64,000 bases of DNA from Chloroflexota bacterium (GCA_028873865.1 JAPPNI010000030.1:85268-149267), one strand, 5' to 3'; positions 1-9,858 are shown, numbered from the stretch's first letter. Numbers and translations are program-made. Notes: generated by a model not told the origin, from the sequence alone.

Positions 1-13
1 CACCTCGGCCGGC

Positions 14-466
14 ATGCTCAGCGACGCGGCCCAACTGGCGCCCGGCCGCCCGGCGCCAGAATTCACGCTGCCGCGGTTGGGCGAGGATCCGGAAACTCTG
101 GTCTCGCTCTTCGACGCGCTCGGCGGTGGCGCCCGGCACACGCTGCTGGTGTTCTGGGCATCCTGGGCTCCGCACGTGGAGGAGACGTTGACGACGCTCA
201 GCGAACTGGCCGTGGAGTCCAGCGAGGTGCGCGTCATTGCGATCAACGTCTACGAACCCAGTCAACGCGCTGCCCAGCAGTTTGCCCGCGACCACGGTGC
301 GCGGATCCTCCACCTCGTCGATGAGTCCGGTTCCGTGGCCCAGCACTATCGGGTCGATGGTTTGCCCGAGATCTACGTCCTCGACCGCTGGGGCGTCTAT
401 TTGTTCACGATCCGTGGACCGGCGCCGTTGACCGACATGCTGTCGTCGAGCGAACCCTCGGAGTGA
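14..466 (+). CDS. TlpA/ResA-like thioredoxin-fold protein, redox-inactive variant (FWASWAPH in place of FWASWCxPC); may be truncated at the window edge
   Basis: The ORF translation has thioredoxin-fold motifs typical of TlpA/ResA (LLVFWASW...LPEIYVLDRWG), but the active-site CxxC is replaced by A-P-H. Confidence 0.55.
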   Translation: MLSDAAQLAPGRPAPEFTLPRLGEDPETLVSLFDALGGGARHTLLVFWASWAPHVEETLTTLSELAVESSEVRVIAINVYEPSQRAAQQFARDHGARILHLVDESGSVAQHYRVDGLPEIYVLDRWGVYLFTIRGPAPLTDMLSSSEPSE

Positions 467-556
467 GCGACCGCACGTTCAGGTCGGTTAATCTGCTGGA
501 GACCGCGGGCACGTCGCCGACGCCCACTGCCCTGAGCACCACCGAGGAGTACCAAG

Positions 557-1444
557 ATGCGCGAGTACGAGGACATTCTGTATGAAACCAAGGGACGGCT
601 GGGGATCGTCACCCTGAACCGCCCCGAGAAGATGAACGCGCTCAGCCACCGACTGCGGGCCGAACTATTCGATGCGCTGAAGGTGGCCGAAGCCGACGAC
701 GGCGTCCACGTCGTCATCATCCGCGGCGCCGGACGCACCTTCTCCGCCGGCTACGACATCACTCCGGTCCCGAACCTGTCCGAGTCCGACTACCTCGACT
801 ACCGATCCGGCCTTCCTTCCGTCGGGCCAATCCATCCCGGACAGGGGCAGTGGCCGCAGCACCTGCTCTCGGGCTACTGGCAGATCTGGGAGCTGGCCAA
901 GCCGGTCATCGCCCAGGTCCACGGCTACGCGCTCGCCGGCGGCTCCGAACTCGCCTCGATGTGCGACCTGATGTACGTCGCCGAGGACGCGATCATCGGC
1001 TATCCGCCGGTCCGCGCGATGACCACCGTCGACATCCTCTATCACCCCTGGCACATGGGCATGCGCAAGGCGCGCGAGCTCTGCTACACCGGCGACTCGG
1101 TGACCGGGCTGGAGGCGGTCGAACTCGGCTGGGCCAACCGCGCTTTCCCCGTCGACCAGCTCTCCGAAGAGACCGAGAAGATGGGCGAGCGGATCGCCAA
1201 CATCGCCCCGGACATGGTGATGATGTCCAAGCGCGGGCTCAACCGCGCCTACGAAGTGATGGGCTTCCGCACCGCCCTCCAGGTCGGCGCGGACATCCAG
1301 GCGCTCTCGACGTTCCGCAAGTCCGCCGGAGAGTTCGGCCGGATCGCCCAGGAGAAAGGCCTCAAGGCCGCCCTCGACTGGCGGGACGGTCCCTTCCAGG
1401 ACTACGGGGCAGCGAACAAACGTCCCTCCGCACCGAAGAGCTAA
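557..1444 (+). CDS. enoyl-CoA hydratase/isomerase (crotonase) family protein
   Basis: N-terminus GRLGIVTLNRPEKMNALS, an oxyanion-hole region, and a length typical of the crotonase superfamily. Confidence 0.8.
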   Translation: MREYEDILYETKGRLGIVTLNRPEKMNALSHRLRAELFDALKVAEADDGVHVVIIRGAGRTFSAGYDITPVPNLSESDYLDYRSGLPSVGPIHPGQGQWPQHLLSGYWQIWELAKPVIAQVHGYALAGGSELASMCDLMYVAEDAIIGYPPVRAMTTVDILYHPWHMGMRKARELCYTGDSVTGLEAVELGWANRAFPVDQLSEETEKMGERIANIAPDMVMMSKRGLNRAYEVMGFRTALQVGADIQALSTFRKSAGEFGRIAQEKGLKAALDWRDGPFQDYGAANKRPSAPKS

Positions 1445-1492
1445 CCGGAAGAACTCCTATCTGGGGAAGCTCTTGCGAGGTGACAGAGGGGA

Positions 1493-1527
1493 GCCGCCGC
1501 CGAACATCCCAGGGTGTTGGCGGCGGC
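1493..1527 (+). terminator. GC-rich hairpin (gccgccgccgaac...gttggcggcggc) downstream of the crotonase gene; putative intrinsic terminator
   Basis: An inverted repeat with an ~11 bp stem, visible directly, starts 49 nt after the stop at 1444. Confidence 0.4.
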
Positions 1528-1665
1528 GATCCACGGAGGGTCGGAACCCGAGCGAGACAATTCCGCCTAACCAGATGCTGGGGTAGGATACGTCGGAGTC
1601 GCGTGCGTGCGTCTTCGCCGCGGAGAACGGGCAGTCATCGAAGCAGCGAGATGAAGTAGAGGTCT

Positions 1666-2268
1666 ATGCCCAGTCGCACCGGGATTCCGCAGTCCTTCGG
1701 CATCATCATGGTTTTCGCCCTGATGGCCGCTGGCATCTTCGCTTTGGTTGGCTTCGCCGTTTACAAGGGCGCCGACCGAAACGTGGTGGAGGCCAAGGCG
1801 ATCTCCGAGGTCGCCGGCGCCGAGGGCTGGGAGACCGGACTGTTCTGCATCGAAGACGGCAAGGAAGACCACCCCTCGCTCTCGCTGACCGAGCGGCCGC
1901 CCGAAACCTGCGCCGAGGCTGCCCCGCTGCCGATTGAGATCATCGACGAGGAAGCGGTGCGGGCCGGTGGAAATGCCCTGCGCGGGGCCGAGCTCTACGT
2001 CGCCAACGGCTGCCAGGTCTGCCACGGCGAGATGGGCGAGGGCATCGTGGGACCAACGATCGCCCGCACGGGCCTCGACATCCAGGGCGTGATCTCCCAG
2101 TACCGCCAGCCTCGGGGGATTATGCAGGAGTTCTCGGCTGAGGACGTGTCGGTCGAGGACATCGCTGACATCTGGACCTGGTTGCAGACCTTGCCCGCGG
2201 TCGATCCACTGATCGACCCGAACAACGACGCGCTGGGCCACGAGAACTACGGCCAGTGGGCTGAGTAG
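1666..2268 (+). CDS. membrane-anchored c-type cytochrome
   Basis: N-terminal TM helix followed by a single heme-binding CQVCHG (CxxCH) motif. Confidence 0.75.
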   Translation: MPSRTGIPQSFGIIMVFALMAAGIFALVGFAVYKGADRNVVEAKAISEVAGAEGWETGLFCIEDGKEDHPSLSLTERPPETCAEAAPLPIEIIDEEAVRAGGNALRGAELYVANGCQVCHGEMGEGIVGPTIARTGLDIQGVISQYRQPRGIMQEFSAEDVSVEDIADIWTWLQTLPAVDPLIDPNNDALGHENYGQWAE

Positions 2269-2384
2269 CTCGAGCCCCCTACCCTTCGCTTGGCCAGATC
2301 TCCTCACTCTCACGTTCCCCATTGCATGGGGTGCTGCTGAAGTTTGAGGGGATCCCTCGGCAAAGCCGCAGAGGATCGTGACTC

Positions 2385-3176
2385 ATGGGTGCACACGCCA
2401 CTCCCACCGCCGCCTACTGGGCGTTCTTCGAGAACTTCAACGCCAAAGATCCCGTCGGCTGGGCCGGCGCGATGTCGTACCCGCATGTGCGGGTCTCCGC
2501 CAGGCAACAGCCGAGCCGCGGTGACGGTCCCAGCCCGCGTACCGCCTCAGGCATCTATCCAACCGCCGATGACTACGCTTCGATGGCCGGGCAAGCCGGC
2601 TGGGAGCGGTTCGAGGTCACCGGCTGGGTACGAACGCAGGGCGTCACGCCGCGAGTCGTGGCGTCTTCCGAGTCGAAGATGCACCTGTCCGGCGGCTGGA
2701 CCCGGCACCGAACCGACGACTCCGAGATCGTCACCAACCGCGTGCTGTACGTCCTCAGCCGAATAGAGCAGGGTTGGGGCATCCAGGCGCGCTTCGGCGT
2801 CGACGGTTGGTCGCGCAACGACGCCCGGGAGGCGGAATCCCAGGCGGCGCTCGCCGCGCTCGGACGCCTCATGACCACGCTCGAAGCCGGAGACGTCGAG
2901 CCCTGGCTCAACTGCTTTCACTATCCCCTCACCCTGGTCGGCGGACCGGGCGCCGTCGACACCATGGACGACGCCGGAGCCATGCGTGACGCCTTCGGAG
3001 ACTGGGCCGGCGAAGCCTTGCCGATCAACTACACGGCCGACGTGATCGCCGCCGGCGGGAATGGCGTCACGCTTTCCCAATCGATCACCCGCGGCGAGAA
3101 CTCATTCCACCAGTCCTTCCTCGTCGCCGAGCGTGACGGCGAATGGAAGATCCTCGCGGTCTCCGCCATCACGTAA
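2385..3176 (+). CDS. NTF2/SnoaL-like double-domain hypothetical protein (paralogue 1)
   Basis: Two NTF2-like halves with motifs GWAG, TGWVR, GGWTR and GWGIQA; paralogous to the next gene. Confidence 0.6.
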   Translation: MGAHATPTAAYWAFFENFNAKDPVGWAGAMSYPHVRVSARQQPSRGDGPSPRTASGIYPTADDYASMAGQAGWERFEVTGWVRTQGVTPRVVASSESKMHLSGGWTRHRTDDSEIVTNRVLYVLSRIEQGWGIQARFGVDGWSRNDAREAESQAALAALGRLMTTLEAGDVEPWLNCFHYPLTLVGGPGAVDTMDDAGAMRDAFGDWAGEALPINYTADVIAAGGNGVTLSQSITRGENSFHQSFLVAERDGEWKILAVSAIT

Positions 3177-3185
3177 GCACATCAG

Positions 3186-3971
3186 GTGGTCAGACACATG
3201 GCCGCGTACGAATCCCCCGAGGCTGCCTACTTCGCATTCCTCGAGACGTTCAACGCACGCGACGCCGACGGTTGGGCGGGCGTGAACTCGTGGCCACATG
3301 CGAGAATCTCAGCCGCCGCTCCTAACAGCTCAGTCCACTGGCGTCCGCCGACCCGCATCTTCGCCGATGCCGGGCAGTACCTCTCGGCCCCGCTCTGGGA
3401 CGAGCTTGAGGCGACCGGCTGGGTCCGATCCGAGTCGACAGCGCCGAAGATCGTCCAATCCTCTGAGGTCAAGGCCCACATCGCCGGCGGCTGGACCCGC
3501 TACGACGCGGACGGGAACGCGATGGCGGCGAACCGAGTCGTTTACGTCGCGACCAGAACCGACGAGGGCTGGGGACTGCAGGCGCAACTCAAGACTGACA
3601 GCTTTGTCGACGGGCAGGACTACGAACGAGAACAGGCTGCGGTTCTGGAAGCTGTTGAGTCCACCTTGGCGTTGCTCGGCGCCCGTGACGTGGATGCCTA
3701 TTGCAACGCCCTGGCCTACCCGTTCGCCCTGGTCGGGCCGCCCGGCGTGGTGATGCAGATCGCCTCCGCACCCGAGATGGCGGCCGCAATGCGCAGCGTC
3801 GGCGATGACCGGCTCGACGTTCCCCCAGGATCCGCGGAGGTCGTGAACTGCGGCAGCAGCGGAGCCAATCTGACGTTCCGCGTCCAGCGAGACGACGCCA
3901 TCCAGGAAGCGCTGGCACTCGTCGGCCTTCGCGACGGTGTCTGGCGGATGCTGGCGATCTCCGGGATCTGA
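3186..3971 (+). CDS. NTF2/SnoaL-like double-domain hypothetical protein (paralogue 2); start is GTG at 3186 or ATG at 3198
   Basis: Collinear similarity to 2385..3176 (AAYFAFLETFNARDADGWAG, ATGWVR, GGWTR, GWGLQA, YPFALVGPPG). Confidence 0.6.
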   Translation: MVRHMAAYESPEAAYFAFLETFNARDADGWAGVNSWPHARISAAAPNSSVHWRPPTRIFADAGQYLSAPLWDELEATGWVRSESTAPKIVQSSEVKAHIAGGWTRYDADGNAMAANRVVYVATRTDEGWGLQAQLKTDSFVDGQDYEREQAAVLEAVESTLALLGARDVDAYCNALAYPFALVGPPGVVMQIASAPEMAAAMRSVGDDRLDVPPGSAEVVNCGSSGANLTFRVQRDDAIQEALALVGLRDGVWRMLAISGI

Positions 3972-3976
3972 AGCGG

Positions 3977-4918
3977 TCAGTCGCCTTCGAGCGCGCCTCG
4001 AAGGCGCGGGTCGAGCACGTCGCGTAAACCGTCGCCGATGATGTTCAGGCTCCAGACGAGCAGGGCGATACAGGCGCCGGGGAAGACCCAGAGCCACCAA
4101 CCGTTGCCGGTGATGATCACCTGACGCCCCTCGGAGACCAGCCCGCCCCAAGTCGGATCGGGCGGGCGGATGCCGAGTCCGAGGAATGACAGTCCCGCCT
4201 CGGCGATGATCGCGAATCCGGCCCCCAGCGAAACCTGCACGATCACCGGCTGGAAGCTGTTGGGCAACACGTAGCGCATCATGATCCGCAGGTTGTTGGC
4301 GCCGATCGTCTGTCCGGCGAGCACGTAATCCTGTTCACGCACCGACAGCGCCATCGACCGCGCAATCCGCGCCACCCAGGGGATGTTCGCGATCCCGACG
4401 GCAACGATGATGTTGATGATGTCGCGCCCCAGCACCGACACGAGCGCCAGCGCCAGGATCAGTCCGGGGAAGGCGAGCACGGCGTCCATCAGCCGCATCA
4501 GCGCCTCGTCGACGATGCCCCGCGAGTAACCGGCCGCGATGCCGATCGGCAGGCCGAAAATCGCTCCGAAGAGCGACGCCCCGAACCCGACCGCAAGCGC
4601 GGCCCGAGTCGCATTCAGCACCCGCGAGAAGGTATCGCGGCCGATCTTGTCCGTGCCGAAGGGATGGTCGGCGTTGGGCGACTGCCAGGAGACGTAGAGC
4701 CCATTCTCGTCGGTCGCCTGCTCCTCGAATCCGGGAATCGGGAACAGGTCGACGAAGATCGCGATCAACACGAACGCGACCAGGATGACGACCGCCGGCT
4801 TGACCAAGCGCACGCGCAGGAACCGGCGCATGAAGAAACGCAGCGGCTCAAACCGGCTGGCGTTCTCGGGAATCGGGTAGCCGCCCGGCGTCGTCTCGGC
4901 TGTCGCCTGCTCAGCCAT
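3977..4918 (-). CDS. ABC transporter permease, DppC/OppC-like
   Basis: Multi-TM protein with the binding-protein-dependent-transport EAA-like region (AAGYSRGIVDEALMRLMDAVLAFP); overlaps the upstream permease by 8 nt. Confidence 0.85.
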   Translation of the reverse strand: MAEQATAETTPGGYPIPENASRFEPLRFFMRRFLRVRLVKPAVVILVAFVLIAIFVDLFPIPGFEEQATDENGLYVSWQSPNADHPFGTDKIGRDTFSRVLNATRAALAVGFGASLFGAIFGLPIGIAAGYSRGIVDEALMRLMDAVLAFPGLILALALVSVLGRDIINIIVAVGIANIPWVARIARSMALSVREQDYVLAGQTIGANNLRIMMRYVLPNSFQPVIVQVSLGAGFAIIAEAGLSFLGLGIRPPDPTWGGLVSEGRQVIITGNGWWLWVFPGACIALLVWSLNIIGDGLRDVLDPRLRGALEGD

Positions 4919-5864
4919 AGCGGATCCTCGGATCCAGCACGCCGTACGAGATATCGGTCAGCAGGTTGGCCACCACGATCGCAATCGCAATCACGAGGAT
5001 CATCGCCTGCACGATCAGCAGGTCGCGTTGCAGCGCCGCCTGGACCAGCCAGCGTCCCATGCCGGGGATGTTGAAGATCTGCTCAACGATCACGGCGCCA
5101 GCGAAGACGCGCGCCAGGAGCAGACCGACGATCGTCACGACCGGGAGCAGGCCGTTGCGCAAGGCGTGCAGCGCAATCACGCGACGCTCGCGCAGCCCCT
5201 TGGCCCGCGCCGTGCGGACATAATCCTGACGCATCACTTCGAGCATGGAGGATCGCGTCTGGCGAGCAACGATTGCAGAGAGTACCCAGCCAACGACGAT
5301 GGTGGGCATGATCAGCGACTTGATCGACGCCACAGGATCCACCCAGACCCGTTCAAAGCCGGCAGCCGGGAGCACGTCCCAGGTCACGACGAGCAGCAGG
5401 ATCAGGATCAGGCCGGTCAGATAGTCGGGGATCGCGACGCCGCCTACCGAGAGCATCGTCACCAGCCGATCGGCGATCGAGTTGGGCTTGATCGCGGAGA
5501 GCACGCCGGCAGGAATACCGATCAGCATGCCAACGACGATCGTCGCGACGCCCACGTGCAACGTGTTCTGCAACCGCTGCAGCAGTTCAGGACCGATGTC
5601 CCGGTTGGTCAGCGTCGACTGGCCAAAGTCGCCCGAGGTGATGATGTCGCCAAACCAGTCGATCATCTGCTCGGGCACGGACTTATTCAGCCCCAGCCGC
5701 TCCTCGATCTGCTGGCGTCGCTCTTCCGAGATCGCCTCGCCCTCACCCGACAATGCGGCGACCGGGTCGCCGGGCAGGATCCGGAAAATAGCGAACGACG
5801 CGATCGCGACCAGGATGATCACGGCGATCGACTGGAGCACACGGACCGAGATGTATGTCCACAT
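4911..5864 (-). CDS. ABC transporter permease, DppB/OppB-like
   Basis: N-terminus MWTYISVRVLQSIAVIILVAIASFAIFRILPGDP and six TM segments typical of DppB/OppB. Confidence 0.85.
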   Translation of the reverse strand: MWTYISVRVLQSIAVIILVAIASFAIFRILPGDPVAALSGEGEAISEERRQQIEERLGLNKSVPEQMIDWFGDIITSGDFGQSTLTNRDIGPELLQRLQNTLHVGVATIVVGMLIGIPAGVLSAIKPNSIADRLVTMLSVGGVAIPDYLTGLILILLLVVTWDVLPAAGFERVWVDPVASIKSLIMPTIVVGWVLSAIVARQTRSSMLEVMRQDYVRTARAKGLRERRVIALHALRNGLLPVVTIVGLLLARVFAGAVIVEQIFNIPGMGRWLVQAALQRDLLIVQAMILVIAIAIVVANLLTDISYGVLDPRIRYG

Positions 5865-6010
5865 CGCAGTGTCTTAGACCTCCTCCTCTGGAGGAGGCAT
5901 CACGGAGTGACGGAGGGGGCTCCGGCCGAGTACAGACACTGGCGTCGTCTCGGACAGGCCCCCTCAGTCGTTCCGCGGCAGCTCCCCCAGGAGGGGGAGC
6001 GCTGCTGTCG

Positions 6011-7846
6011 TTAGACCTCGTCGCTCCACAGCCAGCGGCTCTGCCACTTGCCTTCGCCGTTGAACAACGTCTCTTCGGCGTTCTGAATGGCGTTGCGCAC
6101 ACCGGTGAAGTTGACGCCGTAGAGCATCGTGTAGAAGTGGCCTTCGCCAACGATGATGTCGTTGATTCGCGCGTAGTACGCTCGCCGCTCTTCGACATCG
6201 AAGGTCGCCCGTGCGTCTGCCACAAGCTGATCGAGTTCCGGGTGAATCGGACTGGCCGTGTCCTGGGCGGCGGTCGGGTTGTAGACGCCCGACTCGGTGT
6301 AGGCCAGCGACGCGATCCAGTCGGGCTCCGGGTAGCGGCTCCAGCCGGTCAAGGTCATGTGGTACTCGCCGTTCTCGAAGAAGGCGGGAATGAACTGGAC
6401 CAGCTCCAGCGGTTCAAAGACCACGTCAATGCCGAGCACTTCCTTGATCTGCTGGACGTACGTCTGGCAGGCGTCGATCTTGACCTGGTTGACGTAGGTG
6501 GTCAGCGAGAGTCCGCCCTCGGCGTTCAGCGCCTCGACGTCGACACCGGACATGGCGAGCAGTTCCTTGGCCCGCTCACGCCGTGCGGCGATGTCCGGGT
6601 AGGCGACCTGCGGGTTGCCCGGCACCTCGCTGTAGGCCAGCGTGCCGTTCGGCCACTGGCCGCCCAGCGCCTGAATCATCAGGTTGTTGTGCACGGCCTG
6701 GTTGACGGCCTCGGGGTGCACCGCATGCATGATCGCCAGCCGCAGGTTCATGTCCTCCAGCGGCGACTTCTTCGAGTTGAAGACCAGAATCTCCGAGACG
6801 AACGCTCCCTGCATCTCCACGATGCGCCAGTCGGGGTGCTCCTCCACCTGCGGGTTGAACTGCGGCTCGGGAATGAACATCGTGTCCAGATCGCCCGACA
6901 GACCGGTCGCGATCAGGGTCGAGTTCTCGGTGATGATGTCGTACCGCATCTCCTCGAAGTACGGCACCTGGCTGCCGGTCGCCGAGCCGGGCTCGGGGCC
7001 GCGCATCCAGTGGTTGGGGTTGCGCTTGCCCAGCACGTGCGATTGGTCGACCCACTCGACGAAGCTGTACGGCCCCGTGCCGACCGGATTGAGACCATAC
7101 TCGTCACCCAGCTCGTCCGCCGTCGGCACGTGGATCATCGCGCCGGCGCGGTCACCCAGGAGGTGCATGACGGCGGCTGAGGGCTCGGACAGCAGATACG
7201 TGGCGGTTGTGGCATCGGGCGTCTCGACCGTGTGCACCACCTCGAAGTTGGCCTTCGGCGTCGAGGCCGGGTGTGACGTCACGCGCTCGAGGTTCAGGCG
7301 AACGTCCTCGGAGCTGAACGGCTCCCCGTTGTGGTAGCTCACGCCGTCGCGCAGCGAGAAGATGATCGTCGTGTTGTCGGGGAACTCCCAGGACTCGGCC
7401 AACGAGATGTCGCCGCGCTGGTTGTTCTCCGTGTCGTGCATGACCAGGTAGTCATGGAACGGCTGGAAGAAGTAGGCGTCCGTCCCCGAGGTACCGGTGT
7501 GCGGGTCGAGGGACGTGGTATTGAGATGGACACCGGCGTTCCACATCGGCGCGATGCCCGGTCCGGCCGATGCCTGGGCGACCGCCGCCTGCTGCTCCTG
7601 CTGTTGCTGTTCGGCCGGAGCGGCCTGCTGCTCTTGCTGCTGAGCCTGCTGCTCGGCCATCGCCTGCTGCTGCTCTTGCTCCTGCTGCACCTGGGCGGCT
7701 GCCGGCTGAGCGTCGTCGTCATCGTCGCCGCAGCCAACCAGGGCGAGGCCCGCCGCGCCAACCCCGGCGCGGGCCGAGGCTCGCAACAGCGACCGCCTCG
7801 ACATCTTGCCGCGCCGCATGCGTTGCCAGTAATTGCGGGTCGTCAT
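6011..7846 (-). CDS. ABC transporter substrate-binding protein, family 5 (peptide/nickel); Tat signal and lipobox (start uncertain, ORF extends to 7945)
   Basis: SRRSLLRASARAGVGAAGLALVGC is a Tat motif plus lipobox Cys, followed by a Q/E/A-rich linker and an SBP_bac_5-like body. Confidence 0.8.
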   Translation of the reverse strand: MTTRNYWQRMRRGKMSRRSLLRASARAGVGAAGLALVGCGDDDDDAQPAAAQVQQEQEQQQAMAEQQAQQQEQQAAPAEQQQQEQQAAVAQASAGPGIAPMWNAGVHLNTTSLDPHTGTSGTDAYFFQPFHDYLVMHDTENNQRGDISLAESWEFPDNTTIIFSLRDGVSYHNGEPFSSEDVRLNLERVTSHPASTPKANFEVVHTVETPDATTATYLLSEPSAAVMHLLGDRAGAMIHVPTADELGDEYGLNPVGTGPYSFVEWVDQSHVLGKRNPNHWMRGPEPGSATGSQVPYFEEMRYDIITENSTLIATGLSGDLDTMFIPEPQFNPQVEEHPDWRIVEMQGAFVSEILVFNSKKSPLEDMNLRLAIMHAVHPEAVNQAVHNNLMIQALGGQWPNGTLAYSEVPGNPQVAYPDIAARRERAKELLAMSGVDVEALNAEGGLSLTTYVNQVKIDACQTYVQQIKEVLGIDVVFEPLELVQFIPAFFENGEYHMTLTGWSRYPEPDWIASLAYTESGVYNPTAAQDTASPIHPELDQLVADARATFDVEERRAYYARINDIIVGEGHFYTMLYGVNFTGVRNAIQNAEETLFNGEGKWQSRWLWSDEV

Positions 7847-7978
7847 GGGGATCCTTTCTGTCGGCGCGCCTGCCGGCCAGCTTCGGACAGGCCGAGCGTC
7901 GCTCTGCGCACGCCGGGATAGTGTGATGCAGGCTAACACCACCAACCGCTGTTGGCGGGGCGAGTCTCGGCTCTCGCG

Positions 7979-9772
7979 TTACTCCGTCGGCCGGGAGAAC
8001 TCGATCGGCCCATCGCTGACCAGATGGAGGTTGGCCACCAGGTCGACACGTCCGGCGCTGGTCTGGAACTCCGCCGTGGTCACCTGGCTGGCCAATCTGC
8101 CATCATCCCCGGACATCGTCAGGATCGTGGAATAGTGCTCGATCGATTCAATTGTCACGCTCTCGGCGAGAAGTTCGGTGGTGTCTGCCTTGAGAATCTC
8201 GACAACCTGGGCAAAGTGAGCGTCATCGCCAGCCAGCGGACCGCTCTCGATGACCAGTTCATACACCGGAGGTCCGCTCCCCTCGATCGTTCGTGTCACC
8301 CACGAGATGTCGAGCAGGGCCCTGAGCGGGTCCAGGTTGAATCGATCCGGATTGGCCAGGAACTCGTCGACTGTCATCCCGGCAAAGCCCAGCAGGGCCG
8401 GATTCGACGGCGCCCAGATCGGTCCGCCGTTCTCTTCGACATCGCTCGTCCAGATCCCGTCCCGGTTCCAGAGCAGCCGGAAAGTGCTGGCCCCGTCAAT
8501 GTTGACCGTCGTCTCGAACGCCCCCGCGATGCGGGAACTCTGCACAATGACCGAGGCGAGGCGCGCCTCGCCGTCAATCACGGCCTGGGCTATGAACTCG
8601 ACGTGTAGCTCATCCGCGTTCGCGACCCAATCTGAAGCCAGCTCCAACAACTGATCCGGCGTCAGCAGCTCAGCCGGCGCCCGCCCGGCGCCCGGGTCCT
8701 CCGCGCTCGATTCTCCGAAGTCCTGCAACAGGGACCCATCGACCAGCGGCTCGGGCGTCGGAAACTCGACCGGTTCGTTCCACGAAATCAGATTCACCAC
8801 CGTCAGGACGTAGAACCCGGGATCCTCATCCGAGTCCTCCGCCTCTCCCACCGACAGGCCGAACGCGTCGCGCAGCCTGGCTTCTGTCTCGAGCAGCAGC
8901 GGTGCGCCGGAGGTCTGGCTGATCGCCAGGCGCAACACCGCCGATTCGATGCCGGCGTCGGTGACATCGATACCCTCGGCGGTCAACCGCTGTGCAGCCG
9001 CGGAGTTGAGCGCATCGACATCGACTGTGCACTCGACAAACCAGACTGGCTGATCGGCGTGCCGCCCCTCGGAGATCGATCCGCCAATGGCGTCGACGCA
9101 GTCCAGGGCCTGGCCCAGTTGATCGGGGTCGGACACATCCTCAGGGTTCGTGCCCAACATCGCCGTGAGACCGGCCAATGTTTCTTCGAATTGGTCGCTC
9201 AGGTCAATCCACCCTCCGATCTGAGGCATGGAGAGGTAGGCGGCGTCCTCAGAGAACAGCACCTGCATCAAGAGGGGCTGATCGAGACCGGCTTGCTCAT
9301 CGTCGGCGAGTTCGCCTGCCACCTCGAGCAGCGAGCTGGCATCGATCGTCGTCAGCGCCATAAACGGTTCGAGCTGCACTACGACCGCCGTCGTGACCTG
9401 CGCCGACAGACCGCCCAGGTTCAGGTCAACGTCAATCGCCATTTCAAACGACTCGAGGTCGGCCGACCACGCGTCGAACGCCGCCTGCGCCGCCGCGAAC
9501 AGAGGATCCGCCTCCGGGTCATCGAGAGCCTGGGTCGGCTGCGCCTCGTCCTCTCGGTCCCCCGCTTGCGGATCCGCCTCCTGCTCGGCCTCCGAAGCTT
9601 CCTCCTCCGACTGCCTCCCGTCAGCGCTCGTGGTCGCGCGCTGTGCGGTCTGCTCCGATTGTTGCTGCTCCGGCTGAGCCTGCTGCTGCGCTTGCTCATC
9701 GCCCCCGCAACCGGCCAGCAACGCAGCCACGGCGAGCATCGCGGCAATCAGGAACAAACGCAGCACGCGCAT
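7979..9772 (-). CDS. secreted lipoprotein of unknown function with two copies of a C-terminal repeat ending ...NEPVEFPTP / ...GPIEFSRPTE
   Basis: Signal peptide MRVLRLFLIAAMLAVAALLAGC with lipobox, an acidic Q/E-rich linker, no recognisable catalytic motif; paralogous to 10894..11814. Confidence 0.6.
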   Translation of the reverse strand: MRVLRLFLIAAMLAVAALLAGCGGDEQAQQQAQPEQQQSEQTAQRATTSADGRQSEEEASEAEQEADPQAGDREDEAQPTQALDDPEADPLFAAAQAAFDAWSADLESFEMAIDVDLNLGGLSAQVTTAVVVQLEPFMALTTIDASSLLEVAGELADDEQAGLDQPLLMQVLFSEDAAYLSMPQIGGWIDLSDQFEETLAGLTAMLGTNPEDVSDPDQLGQALDCVDAIGGSISEGRHADQPVWFVECTVDVDALNSAAAQRLTAEGIDVTDAGIESAVLRLAISQTSGAPLLLETEARLRDAFGLSVGEAEDSDEDPGFYVLTVVNLISWNEPVEFPTPEPLVDGSLLQDFGESSAEDPGAGRAPAELLTPDQLLELASDWVANADELHVEFIAQAVIDGEARLASVIVQSSRIAGAFETTVNIDGASTFRLLWNRDGIWTSDVEENGGPIWAPSNPALLGFAGMTVDEFLANPDRFNLDPLRALLDISWVTRTIEGSGPPVYELVIESGPLAGDDAHFAQVVEILKADTTELLAESVTIESIEHYSTILTMSGDDGRLASQVTTAEFQTSAGRVDLVANLHLVSDGPIEFSRPTE

Positions 9773-9858
9773 CGGCCCACCCTCCCCGTGGCGAATCAAG
9801 TTCGATTCACTGTATCGCGGGATCAGGCCCCGAACGCCGCGAGCGGAGCGGGAGGGGG

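Noticed and set aside
3174-3200. The two NTF2-like paralogues are in the same reading frame, separated by TAA plus 3 codons: possible readthrough fusion?
   Set aside because: The stop is TAA (not UGA) and each paralogue has its own N-terminal motif (AAYWAFFENF / AAYFAFLETF). Same-frame placement has a 1/3 chance. Treated as two genes.
5028-7180. Long antisense/alternative-frame ORFs (e.g. 5028..6014+, 5855..7180+, 9059..9946+, 14258..15499+, 21134..22270+, 24001..24768+, 26402..27325-, 43908..44939+, 45130..45939+, 46172..47287-, 47303..48184-, 56442..57893-, 58292..59605+)
   Set aside because: They overlap well-supported genes on the other strand or frame. They have Arg/Ala/Gly/Pro-rich low-complexity translations typical of stop-codon-poor high-GC DNA, and no motifs.
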